Shown piece after piece: positions 1 to 9,396 of a stretch of 64,000 bases of DNA. The DNA is taken from NCBI GenBank assembly GCA_965217585.1, contig OZ244561.1:1408001-1472000 (forward strand). The letters are read 5' to 3'. The DNA is from Candidatus Latescibacterota bacterium (lineage in GTDB: Bacteria > Latescibacterota > UBA2968 > UBA8231). Below the pieces are notes generated by a model, which searched no databases, was not told the origin of the DNA, and saw only the letters and a program-made list of their open reading frames with translations. The translations under genes and the position numbers were made by a program. How positions within the stretch are numbered: the first letter of the stretch is position 1; every line of letters begins with the position of its first letter.

Positions 1-27
1 ATCCGCTAAGTGGATCAACTCGTTCCA

Positions 28-240
28 TTACAAAAGGTTACGAAATTCTTCAACGGTTAATCCTGCGTCCCTTACAATACCCCCCATAGTAAAGGCATTA
101 ACAGGATTGTTTCTTGGAATAGTCAGAATACGCACTCCATCTGTCATGACGATATGCTTGCCCTGACGTGCAATGTGAAAACCCGCCTTTCCCAAAGCTC
201 GCACCGCATCAAGATGGTTGACACCCGGAATCTTGGGCAT
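28..240 (-). CDS. hicA: HicA-family mRNA interferase toxin
   Basis: 70 aa; ALGKAGFHIARQGKHIVMTDG...TIP...GIVRDAGLTVEEF pattern with conserved His; abuts hicB. Confidence 0.9.
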   Translation of the reverse strand: MPKIPGVNHLDAVRALGKAGFHIARQGKHIVMTDGVRILTIPRNNPVNAFTMGGIVRDAGLTVEEFRNLL

Positions 241-438
241 TTATACCACCAGTTCGATTTCTCGGACTTCGGCATTCTCCAAAAGGTCTTCTACGACGCT
301 GATATATTCTCGAATGGCGGCTTCGATATTGACGAGAGCCTCTTCTTCTGTTCTTCCTTCAGACCAACAACCCGGAAAGCCAGGGATCGAGACACTATAG
401 CCCTCGTCAGATCGATGAAGGGCAATTTTGTACCTCAT
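241..438 (-). CDS. hicB: Short HicB-family antitoxin without a DNA-binding domain
   Basis: GYSVSIPGFPGCWSEGRTEEEALVNIEAAI signature; likely start ATG 438 (ORF track starts at 462). Confidence 0.9.
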   Translation of the reverse strand: MRYKIALHRSDEGYSVSIPGFPGCWSEGRTEEEALVNIEAAIREYISVVEDLLENAEVREIELVV

Positions 439-532
439 AATGGTCTCTTTGCGGTTATTCATTTTCCTCTCCTTCTAATGTGTCGCCGATAAGCGGCGAG
501 CGAATGTACCTGTCGTTTAAGGGGCCCGACCT

Positions 533-784
533 TCATCCACAGTTCATTTCCTCCGCTATTTCGTCCATATTGTACTGGAATACGGAGACCTCGAATCGGC
601 CTAGTGCCGAGATGAATTCGCTGCGGGATAAACCCGAAATTTCGGCTGCTCGGCTTTGGGAAACCAGCCCCATCTCGTACCATTTCACAGCGGTAGCCAA
701 ACGCAACTCTTGGGTGAAACGCTCGGGATGTTTCCGCACCGACGAAAGCATATCTTCTCGCAGTTCAAAAGTAACCGTTACCAT
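533..784 (-). CDS. UPF0175-family putative antitoxin
   Basis: ELRLATAVKWYEMGLVSQSRAAEISGLSRSEFISALGRFEVS HTH pattern. Confidence 0.85.
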   Translation of the reverse strand: MVTVTFELREDMLSSVRKHPERFTQELRLATAVKWYEMGLVSQSRAAEISGLSRSEFISALGRFEVSVFQYNMDEIAEEMNCG

Positions 785-840
785 AGCATTCTCTCCTGAT
801 TGACTAAGGCGTGGTTCTCGTAGATGACGAACAGATGGTA

Positions 841-3800
841 TTAGTCTTCCAAGTTCAAAAGGTCAAAGCACCCGCATCGAAGTAGGTTCTCGCGAGCCCG
901 TTTGGCATTTTCTTGTACAGTTTCATCGTCGCTTTTCAGTCCGGCTCGGAGGATAGGTTTCGCTTCATTGGTTGGAATATAAAGGCTCTCGTCATTTTTG
1001 ACAGCGAAATCAGTTAGCTTGGCAAAACACTCTACGACCAGTGTAGTATGATCCTCAATCATCTCTCGTAGGACATCTATCTGCATATATATTTTGATAT
1101 CCTTTAATCCGCTTATATCGAGGATATTCGATAACGAAGTCAGACGCCAGTCGGCGTCCAAGCACTCTGCCCCCAGCCAAAACGTAAATTCTTTAAGTTC
1201 GGATGGTTCCTTTTTCTCAAAGCGCCAGTTGAAGAAGTCGATGGTTCTCTGTTTAAGGCCCGCTTCCAGTTGCTTATCGCTGTTTTTCAAGGAGATCCCT
1301 ATATGATTAAACAAGTGAGACCAGCGATCTTTGTCTTCCTTGGTCTTTTTGTAAAATTCTTCCAACAAACTGCTATCTCCCGTAAGTGGATAAACTTCCC
1401 ATAGATAGTAGGTAAATAAGTGTTCGCCGAGAGTATCTGTGCTGTCCGTCTTGAATTTATCAATGTTCTCAAGTGCGAACTCAATGTCGTCCCGGACAAT
1501 ATCAAAGACCTGTTTGTATGGCCGATTATACCGGAGGAAATTTTCAAAGGCTTCCGTCCATGCTGGTATTTTCTCTTGCGGAAGAAGATCTCTCTTATGC
1601 TGGACCGCCCATTCTCGATTCAAATCGCAGATGCGGCCGTAATTCAGTCCAAGGAGGGCATATTCAGGCAGTGTCAGTGCGTACTTGCATTCCGAACCGA
1701 GTCGCTTATCGAGGATAGTAAAAACTTCAGGCGTATCCGCTTGATTATCCCCCGATTGGCGGCGCACCCAGTAACCGAAATCGACCAAATGCTCCAGTGC
1801 CTTACTTCGTGTATTATTGATCGCTTCGGTTAGTTGGTCGTCTCGATTTGTAAAAACGGGATCATCCTCATCCAGTCGCCTGTCGTATTGGGTGCAAAGC
1901 TTATCCAACAAAGAGACGAGACGCTGACTCATTGAGATTGGGACATTGACATCCTCTTTCAGGCACATTCCGACAAAATCGCCCACTGCTTGACGCGAAC
2001 TTTGCCAGTCTGGATGCTCCCTGGATACATCGCTACGATTGACTTCTTCTTCCTTTGGCTGGTCAGGATGGGACAATACCCATTCGCAGAGATCGAACCA
2101 TTGATCGAGCTTGTCGAATTGCTTGAGTTTTACTTGCTCTTGGATGGCAGACACTATCGCCTCGACATAGATAGGTCTCTTCAATTGGTCCCGATTTTCG
2201 GTCCAGAAGTGTAGCCGCGATTCGTTAGGTATGATAACCTCTTTAAAAATCGACTGAAACGCTTGGGCAAGCCCTTCGAAATTGATGTGTACCCACCACT
2301 CATCAGGATCGCGATCAACATTTTCCCATTCGTTCAAGAACGAAAGGATTTCCTCATCTGACATTTCATCCAGTTCGTCAGCCGGCTTCGGACTACGCTC
2401 CTCTACTTGCTTCACATCTCCTAATCTATAAGGTCCATAGTCGTCATCCGTAATCGGCTTTTCTTCTTCCGCATTTAGTTCTTCAAAGTATTCGCTGTAT
2501 TTGCCGAAGAGTACTGAAGCAAATGGATTTAGTTGCATTCTGTGGAAGTGGCGTTTCCGTTCTTCAAATGATTCTTCGGTAAAACGATCTCCTGCCCGAT
2601 CCCGAAAATGCTGCTCCGATGGCCCGCTAAGGATAGTCTCAAATATTCGCTCCTTTTCGGCCTTGGTGAGCAAACTATCGCCGAATTTTTCACATGCTAG
2701 GCGAATCATGTGCTGAAACTCAAAGCGGTGATCCCATTTATCGTAATCTTCGTGGGCAAGGATCATCTCACGAATCCAAGGCTTAGTCTGTTCATTTAGA
2801 TGCAGTGAGTAAAGATGCTGGCAGATGCGTATAAAAATACCCCAACTCTGGTTTCGCAACGCTTGATCCAGTGCTGACGCGGCTTCCGGCGCTTTCTCGT
2901 AAACTTTTTCACAGGCGAACGTTAGCGTATGAACAAGAATATCCTTCGAGTTTGGAGGCCCACCGCCAAGTTCGTTCACACGCCTGAATAAAAAAAAGGT
3001 AAGATCATTACTACTGCTCTCTTCAAGATCGTCCTGATAAAATAGGCGTATCATAGTCGCGGTGGCATCAAGCAATATTCGAGCTATTGAGTAAGGCTCT
3101 CGCTCCGCTAAAGGTCGGACACCTTTTTCCAGTATTTGACAATACTCCCACTCATCAAAGCGTGGTCGTGGCTCCAGCCGAGTTGTCCAATCTTCGGGAT
3201 TCGCTCTGCGTCGAGCCTGTTTGTCCTCGGCTTGCTGGTCGGGTTGGAACTCAACTACCTTGAGTAAAAATGATTCTGAAAATCCTCCAAAACGCCTGTC
3301 CATAAGCGAAAGCCTATTAACTAATTGTATAATTTTCTCATGGCCCCATCGAGAATGATCTACAAAGGCCAGAATTTTCTCAGAAAGACGCATCAGATCA
3401 TTCGTATCATCCGACTTCAGAACTATGGTCACAATTCCCTCAAGCACACGTGGATTAGTGTTTTCAGGTAGTCCTTCCAATATGGTAAAGACTTCCTCAC
3501 GAGCTGAGTCACAAACTCTCTCGAGATAGTAAATCGGTGGCCAATCAGGAATCTTTAAACTTCCATCTTCAGTTTGTTCAACTTCCGGTAGATTGTCCAA
3601 TAGTCCACTGGCCTTCAGGTGAGGAATCCACATCGGCTCATCTGCATTATTAAAGAAATAGCGATAGTTATCGCCACGAGATTGTAATAGCTTTATCACT
3701 CGATCAATCTCGACCTGAGTAGCACCATCTCCTCGACCTAATATGGCTTTTAGCTCCTGCAAATCCTCGGTGACAATCGATTGAGTCGGATCGACAGGTT

Positions 3801-4416
3801 CTTCGATTAAATGCTGCTCCCTTGTGAATTCGGGTTTAAACGCGCTGGCATATTCTTTGAGACTGTCAAAATGATATATGTAACGCCGAATCTTACAGGA
3901 TTTACCAAAGTCACCATCCCCACTCACCACAGCGATGTTTGCCTTGTGGTCATTGTGATATGATTCTAGCGCACTCAGAATGAAGGCGTCGGGAAATTCC
4001 TTATTCTTATTCTTAGAAAATGGTGGCTCAACCGAAAAATACCAATCCACGACGCGGTCGATATCCCCAACAAGTGGTAGCTCCTCAACAACGAAATGTG
4101 ACTTGAACTGCTCCCACTGTGATTTAAGCTCATTGAAACATTCATCTATAACCTCGTTTTTAGGCCGTGGCGTCCACATCTTCAAGAACGGCATAGGGTG
4201 CTTCTGTTGTGCCTTATGAACCGCGTCTGCACATTCTTCGGCTTGCCTCCAATAATGCCGAAGAATCTCGCGTTCCATCATGGCCGGAATCAATAAACGT
4301 AGTCCTCCCTTGACGAATGTGTCCTTCAGTGAGTTAAAGTCGTTTGTATCCAAACGCAGTCCCTGACGCTTGAACACCTCCGTATCAATGTATAAGGATG
4401 TGGGGATATGTCTCAT
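841..4416 (-). CDS. Large protein: N-terminal PIN-like (DUF4935-type) nuclease domain plus ~950-aa probably alpha-helical region
   Basis: LYIDTEVF, MEREI, KEFPDAFI, VVSGDGDF acidic PIN motifs in the first ~190 aa; no Walker motifs seen in the remainder. Confidence 0.7.
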   Translation of the reverse strand: MRHIPTSLYIDTEVFKRQGLRLDTNDFNSLKDTFVKGGLRLLIPAMMEREILRHYWRQAEECADAVHKAQQKHPMPFLKMWTPRPKNEVIDECFNELKSQWEQFKSHFVVEELPLVGDIDRVVDWYFSVEPPFSKNKNKEFPDAFILSALESYHNDHKANIAVVSGDGDFGKSCKIRRYIYHFDSLKEYASAFKPEFTREQHLIEEPVDPTQSIVTEDLQELKAILGRGDGATQVEIDRVIKLLQSRGDNYRYFFNNADEPMWIPHLKASGLLDNLPEVEQTEDGSLKIPDWPPIYYLERVCDSAREEVFTILEGLPENTNPRVLEGIVTIVLKSDDTNDLMRLSEKILAFVDHSRWGHEKIIQLVNRLSLMDRRFGGFSESFLLKVVEFQPDQQAEDKQARRRANPEDWTTRLEPRPRFDEWEYCQILEKGVRPLAEREPYSIARILLDATATMIRLFYQDDLEESSSNDLTFFLFRRVNELGGGPPNSKDILVHTLTFACEKVYEKAPEAASALDQALRNQSWGIFIRICQHLYSLHLNEQTKPWIREMILAHEDYDKWDHRFEFQHMIRLACEKFGDSLLTKAEKERIFETILSGPSEQHFRDRAGDRFTEESFEERKRHFHRMQLNPFASVLFGKYSEYFEELNAEEEKPITDDDYGPYRLGDVKQVEERSPKPADELDEMSDEEILSFLNEWENVDRDPDEWWVHINFEGLAQAFQSIFKEVIIPNESRLHFWTENRDQLKRPIYVEAIVSAIQEQVKLKQFDKLDQWFDLCEWVLSHPDQPKEEEVNRSDVSREHPDWQSSRQAVGDFVGMCLKEDVNVPISMSQRLVSLLDKLCTQYDRRLDEDDPVFTNRDDQLTEAINNTRSKALEHLVDFGYWVRRQSGDNQADTPEVFTILDKRLGSECKYALTLPEYALLGLNYGRICDLNREWAVQHKRDLLPQEKIPAWTEAFENFLRYNRPYKQVFDIVRDDIEFALENIDKFKTDSTDTLGEHLFTYYLWEVYPLTGDSSLLEEFYKKTKEDKDRWSHLFNHIGISLKNSDKQLEAGLKQRTIDFFNWRFEKKEPSELKEFTFWLGAECLDADWRLTSLSNILDISGLKDIKIYMQIDVLREMIEDHTTLVVECFAKLTDFAVKNDESLYIPTNEAKPILRAGLKSDDETVQENAKRARENLLRCGCFDLLNLED

Positions 4417-4518
4417 GTGATTGTGTACACCTTGCCAAAAAGGATTTCGAGAGTTACCGGAATCTTTCGTCCTGAGATTTAAGAAATATACCTATTAATC
4501 TGATGTCATCTTGGTAGA

Positions 4519-4960
4519 TTAACCGCCCCACACCCGCCCAATCGCCCCCCGAATCTTCCCCTCCATCCGCTCCACCAACTCCCGATTAGCGGCGACAAGA
4601 GACTGCTCGGCTTCGATTTCGGCGACGATGGCTTGCTGGGTTTCGAGGGGAGGAAGCGGAATCTTGGTCTTGAACAACTGCGACCGGTTAATCTTTGGAA
4701 TGCTTGCTCGCTCGTAGTAATGCTGAATTTGTTTATTGAACGCTTCAGACAGCATATAGTTAGCCAGATAAGAGGCTTGGACTCTCGAATAATTCGGGAT
4801 CAGAGGATACATGTCGGAGCTACTGTATCCATGAAGGTCAACAATAGCCAATTTGTTGAGATATGGGCGAATTTTGCTGTAGAGTAGGCGCTCACCTGAG
4901 AATTCATAGACCGGCCCACTGACTCCTTGAGCCTGAATCGTCTCCACTTTAACGAGCTTA
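4519..4960 (-). pseudogene. hsdS: 3' part (second TRD and C-terminal conserved region) of the IS-split HsdM-HsdS fusion
   Basis: LLYSKIRPYLNK and KIPLPPLETQQAIVAEIE; rejoins 5893-7943 in frame when the IS and one TTA copy are removed. Confidence 0.9.
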
Positions 4961-5892
4961 GAGGCTGTCTGAAAACCCTTGCTGTAGCCCGTATTTGAAT
5001 CGGCGTACTCATCGGGCCATATTCAGGTTTCGCTACAAAATCTGAACAGAAAGGCTCGTATGATGAGTACGCCTAGTGGCCAATATGCCACCGATGTAAC
5101 CGATGCGCAATGGCGGCGGATCGAACCGTTGCTGCCGGCTTCGACTTGGCAACCGAACGGTCCGGGTCGGCCGCCGCGGGATCAACGCCAGATGGTCAAC
5201 GGCCTTTTGTATTTGACCAAGACCGGGTGTCCTTGGGCGCTGCTGCCTTCTTGCTTTGGGCCGTGGAAAACGGTGTATGATTACTTTCGTCGCTGGAGTC
5301 TACAAGGGGTCTGGCCACAGGTATTGGATCGACTCACCCAGCGAGAACGCCGCCTTAACGGACGGGCCCCTCAGCCGTCGGCTGGTTGTGTCGATAGTCA
5401 GACGATCAAGACGGCAACCCACGGTAAAACAACCGGTTATGACGCCGGCAAAAAGATCCAAGGACGTAAACGTCATCTGTTGGTCGACACCTCGGGCTTG
5501 CTTAGAGAGGTGGTGGTCACCGCCGCCGATGTAGACGATCGCGACGGCTTGAAGCAGGTGTTGACCCGCTATAGTACTCCCGACGTACCCCGGTTACGCA
5601 AACTGTGGGTCGATGGCGGCTATCGAGGCGATCCGATCCGAACGTGGGTGGCCAACCTAAAAAAGACGCACAAAATAGACTTGGAAGTCGTCGCCAAACA
5701 AGGCGGCGGATTTACCGTAGTCAAACGTCGTTGGGTCGTCGAGCGCACGTTTGCGTGGTTGATGAATTTTCGCCGCCATGCCCGAGATTATGAGGTGTTG
5801 ACCCGCCATAGCGAGGCCTTGATTCAGATTGCCATGATCCACTTGCTACTCAAACGGATCAAATAGAAAAAATGGAGTTTTCAGACAGCCTC
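4961..5892 (+). mobile_element. IS5-family insertion sequence, 932 bp
   Basis: Perfect 16-bp TIRs GAGGCTGTCTGAAAAC (4961-4976) and GTTTTCAGACAGCCTC (5877-5892); TTA target duplication at 4958-4960 and 5893-5895. Confidence 0.95.
5060..5866 (+). CDS. IS5-family DDE transposase
   Basis: YATDVTDAQW, TGCPWALLP, VDSQT, GYDAGKKIQGRKRHLLVDT, DGGY, RWVVERTFAW. Confidence 0.95.
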   Translation: MMSTPSGQYATDVTDAQWRRIEPLLPASTWQPNGPGRPPRDQRQMVNGLLYLTKTGCPWALLPSCFGPWKTVYDYFRRWSLQGVWPQVLDRLTQRERRLNGRAPQPSAGCVDSQTIKTATHGKTTGYDAGKKIQGRKRHLLVDTSGLLREVVVTAADVDDRDGLKQVLTRYSTPDVPRLRKLWVDGGYRGDPIRTWVANLKKTHKIDLEVVAKQGGGFTVVKRRWVVERTFAWLMNFRRHARDYEVLTRHSEALIQIAMIHLLLKRIK

Positions 5893-7943
5893 TTACCAGT
5901 ATTCGATTCTATACTGTCAGCTCCAAAGTAAGGACATAGGGGATCCACTTCCTTGGTAATACTTCCACCGATCTTACACAACGCCCCCAACTCTACCATC
6001 GGCCACTCAGGATCAACCACAATCTGCGGCCGATAGTTGTCAATCACCGCCCGCGCCCCGTCTATCACCCGCTGATACCCCTCAATCTCCGCCACAATCT
6101 CCCGCTGCACCTCCAACGGCGGCAGGGGAATTTGGATTTCTGACAACTGTCCTTTTGTGACACCTTGTATTGTTGAACCCTGACTAACTTTTTTAAAGTT
6201 TTCGACTCTATCCTTGAGAACGTACACAAGGTAATCTGCATTAACCGCATCTTTCAAAATTAGTCCTTGAGAATCTTGGCTTATGCAAACGTCGAAATCA
6301 TTCCTGAATAATTTTCCCAGTCCAACTCTTGTTACAACTATGACATTCCCTTTTTTGATTAAGTTAGTGGCTGATTCGCTTATGGCTTCTTCTGTGATGT
6401 ATTTCCGCGGTTTTGCTGTCTTGACATTCACGATGTCTGCACTTGTAATCCATGGAATATCGCCGTTCCAGTAGGCTTCATTCTTTGTTGAAGGTGTACC
6501 ACCGCTCAAAATATCATCGCAAACATCCCCCAATTCCACCATCGGCCACTTCATACTGGCGTAATTAGTCGTTTCCCGGTACCTTTCCCCGCTCAGATTA
6601 TACTCCCCTCCCCCCGTAATCTTCTCCTTCTCGGCGACCAGCCCCAGCGTGGCCGTGTACTCCACTTTAGGTTCCGCCACACCATCGCTCGTCACCGACT
6701 CCCCCGCCCGTAGCTGCCCCAGATACTCGCCAAGCTCCTCCCTCACCTGCGGCAAGTCATTCTCCGCAATCTCCCGCCGCTGCGCCCCCAAACCAAACCC
6801 ATCGTTCTCCACCTTAAAAAAGGCAATGCGATCCGTCTTTTGCGCCAGCGCCTTGTCCAGCAGCAGAATGGATGTCTTGACCCCCGAATAGGGCTGGAAC
6901 ACGCCCGCCGGCAGCGAGATAACAGCCACCAGATAATTCTCCACCAGCATCTTGCGTAGCTGCTTATGGGCGGTCTGGCTCTGAAAGACAATGCCCTCCG
7001 GCACAATGATACCGGCGCGCCCCGTAGGCGTCAGATGCTCGGCCATGTAATCGACAAACAGCACTTCGCTGCGTTTGGATTGCACCGAAAAGCGGCGATG
7101 CGGACGAATGCCGCCCTTCGGCGACATAAACGGCGGATTGGCCAAAATCACGTCGGCATACTCGTTCCAGCGCTCCTCGCTGGTCAGGGTGTCGTACTCG
7201 GAGATATGCGGCTCGACAAAGCCGTGCAGATACAGATTCACCAGCGACAGCCGCACCATATCGGGCGAGATGTCATAGCCCTTGAAATTGGCCGCGAGTG
7301 TCCCCTTTTCATCTGGCGTGAGCGTACTATTGCCCTCGTCGTCGATATTGGCCTTGAGAATATGCTTGTACGACGAAATCAGGAACCCGGCAGTGCCACA
7401 GGCCGGGTCGAGAATAGTTTCGTCTTTCTTCGGATCAACAACGGCGACAATGAAGTCGATGATATGGCGCGGAGTGCGGAATTGCCCAGCGTCCCCCTGC
7501 GAGCCAAGAACCGAGAGCAGATATTCAAAAGCATCGCCGAGCCGCTCGCTGTGATCGTACGTAAACTCGTCAATGACCTTGAGAAAGGCGCGCAAAGTCT
7601 CCGGGTCGCGGTAGGGCAAATAGGCGTTGTTGAAGATGTCGCGGAACAGCGGCGGAATGCCCGGATTTTCCGGCATCCGGGTGATCGCCTCGGCGTACAG
7701 ATTCAAGGTCTCGTGGCCGCCCAAGCCAGCGCGCACCAGTTGAGGCCAGCCATAGCGGGCAAAGTCGCCGGCAAAAAACGTGCGCTGCCCGCCCAACTCC
7801 TCGCTCGCGGCGTCAATGTCGTCCATGAACTTGTAGATGAGCGCGATGGTGATTTGCTCCACTTGGCTTTTAGGGTCGGGCACCTTGCCGACGAGAATGT
7901 CGCGGGCCGTGTCAATGCGGCGTTTGGTAGCGGTGTCGAGCAT
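5859..7943 (-). CDS. hsdM: Type I RM N6-methyltransferase fused to specificity subunit (HsdM-HsdS), truncated by IS5 early in TRD2
   Basis: GQFRTPR, LDPACGTAGF, ANPPF, then SGGTPSTK TRD1 and IPLPPLEVQREIV; likely start ATG 7943; stop lies inside the IS. Confidence 0.9.
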   Translation of the reverse strand: MLDTATKRRIDTARDILVGKVPDPKSQVEQITIALIYKFMDDIDAASEELGGQRTFFAGDFARYGWPQLVRAGLGGHETLNLYAEAITRMPENPGIPPLFRDIFNNAYLPYRDPETLRAFLKVIDEFTYDHSERLGDAFEYLLSVLGSQGDAGQFRTPRHIIDFIVAVVDPKKDETILDPACGTAGFLISSYKHILKANIDDEGNSTLTPDEKGTLAANFKGYDISPDMVRLSLVNLYLHGFVEPHISEYDTLTSEERWNEYADVILANPPFMSPKGGIRPHRRFSVQSKRSEVLFVDYMAEHLTPTGRAGIIVPEGIVFQSQTAHKQLRKMLVENYLVAVISLPAGVFQPYSGVKTSILLLDKALAQKTDRIAFFKVENDGFGLGAQRREIAENDLPQVREELGEYLGQLRAGESVTSDGVAEPKVEYTATLGLVAEKEKITGGGEYNLSGERYRETTNYASMKWPMVELGDVCDDILSGGTPSTKNEAYWNGDIPWITSADIVNVKTAKPRKYITEEAISESATNLIKKGNVIVVTRVGLGKLFRNDFDVCISQDSQGLILKDAVNADYLVYVLKDRVENFKKVSQGSTIQGVTKGQLSEIQIPLPPLEVQREIVAEIEGYQRVIDGARAVIDNYRPQIVVDPEWPMVELGALCKIGGSITKEVDPLCPYFGADSIESNTGKRLSENSIFSI

Positions 7944-7944
7944 A

Positions 7945-8835
7945 TTAGGTCCGATAAACGAATTCTGCCCCAATCTTCCACACCCCCTTCTCCCGAAAAG
8001 CGGGAATGGTCTGGCGACGGGCAGCGTTGGTGACTGCGGGTGCCGAGAGCCCATGCTGTTTGATATAATCCGACAGCCGGATAATGGCCTCCCCCTGTAA
8101 ATAACTCAGCCTCTTGTGCAGCGACTCTACGAGCGCCAACGCCATAATATCTTCCATCGTCCTAGTCGTTTGGCGGTCCCCATAGTCCCTGAACGCCTGA
8201 TAATACCGCTCCTTTTCCGAGTTGCGAATAATAAGACGCGGCAGTCCGAGCTGGATAAGTTGAAAATTGATGAGAATTCGCCCCAAGCGGCCATTGCCGT
8301 CGCAAAAGGGATGGATGGTCTCAAAATCCAAGTGAAATCGGGCAATTTTATCGAGGAAGTAGGTGCCGAGATCGCTGGAATACTCGACGAGGATGTCATC
8401 TATCATGCGCTCGACATGCTCGGGTGCCGGCGCAATATGAGTCCCCACCCGCACGTATTCCCCCTGCTCTCGAAAGCGTCCGGCGATGGCATCATTAATG
8501 CCGCCGATAAGCATCTGATGCAAAAGTAGTATCAGATCTTTGCTCAACTCACTGTCTTTAGCTTTGGTCCGTTTGTATTCCGTGACGCGGGCTAGATTTT
8601 TCGCCTCGAAGACTTCCTGCACAGACACATTTCGGGACAACATCTGGTCCAACAGGATTTTCTCTGTCTCCTCAAGAGTAAGGGTTGAATTCTCAATCGC
8701 GTTCGAGTTGTACACGCTCTCAGGGATCTCCACTTCGTCGATCATCGACAGCAGCGATTCCTTGCCTTGGCGCAAGGTATCGTACGCTCGTTTCAAGCCT
8801 TGGATGCGGCTTCTTATCGGCTCTGTGGTCGCCAT
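7945..8835 (-). CDS. Fic-family protein
   Basis: HPFCDGNGRLGR Fic motif; SNAIEN; start probably ATG 8835. Confidence 0.9.
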   Translation of the reverse strand: MATTEPIRSRIQGLKRAYDTLRQGKESLLSMIDEVEIPESVYNSNAIENSTLTLEETEKILLDQMLSRNVSVQEVFEAKNLARVTEYKRTKAKDSELSKDLILLLHQMLIGGINDAIAGRFREQGEYVRVGTHIAPAPEHVERMIDDILVEYSSDLGTYFLDKIARFHLDFETIHPFCDGNGRLGRILINFQLIQLGLPRLIIRNSEKERYYQAFRDYGDRQTTRTMEDIMALALVESLHKRLSYLQGEAIIRLSDYIKQHGLSAPAVTNAARRQTIPAFREKGVWKIGAEFVYRT

Positions 8836-8841
8836 ATCATT

Positions 8842-8870
8842 ATTGTATCGCATTCACGGTATATTGGCAA
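8842..8870 (-). promoter_or_regulatory. Sigma70-type promoter for fic-hsdMS, probably leaderless
   Basis: TTGCCA-17 nt-TACAAT, with the ATG 6 nt downstream of the -10 box and no Shine-Dalgarno. Confidence 0.65.
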
Positions 8871-9005
8871 ATATCCGTGAATGAACCGGGAAAAATGGAT
8901 GCCATTCACGGTTTTTTCGGATAAAGACGTTAATCGCGGATTAGAAATCCGGATTGGTGATCTTGCATGTGGCGCTACGGAGCCTCGGGAACAAGCATTC
9001 CAGAT

Positions 9006-9329
9006 TCACCAGCGCAACCCTTTCCTGCGCGCCCACTTCAGCCAATCTTGGGTCATCTCTGCGACAACGCCCCGATGATCGGGAAGCACGGGATCTTCTC
9101 GTGCAATCGACCTAAGTGCCCAAAACCAGTGTTCCGGCTTGTGTTCGAGTTCTCTAAGAATCAACGGCAGCGCTGGCGGCCCCATGCCTATGATCTGCTG
9201 ATACGCAGGATGTAGAACGATCTCTCGTACTGAGGAAAAATGAGCGCATTCCTCACGTACAATTTCTGCGAGACGGTGGAACTGTTCTGGCAGGACATCT
9301 GGCTGGGGCTGTGGGAACTCCGTACTCAA
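9006..9329 (-). CDS. Conserved hypothetical protein
   Basis: 107 aa, HPAYQQIIGMG...HWFWALRSI...DPV...WLKW; GGAG upstream of the TTG start. Confidence 0.65.
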   Translation of the reverse strand: MSTEFPQPQPDVLPEQFHRLAEIVREECAHFSSVREIVLHPAYQQIIGMGPPALPLILRELEHKPEHWFWALRSIAREDPVLPDHRGVVAEMTQDWLKWARRKGLRW

Positions 9330-9396
9330 AGCTTCACTCCCATATCAAAAAGGCTCGATAGCTGAATCTTCACGGCTCGAACGTCGTGTACCCTTT

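Noticed and set aside
6966-8033. Long opposite-strand ORFs (also 13837-14757, 16826-17851, 20720-21964, 34789-35742, 50636-51817)
   Set aside because: Antisense shadows of well-supported genes, expected in GC-rich DNA; no family motifs.
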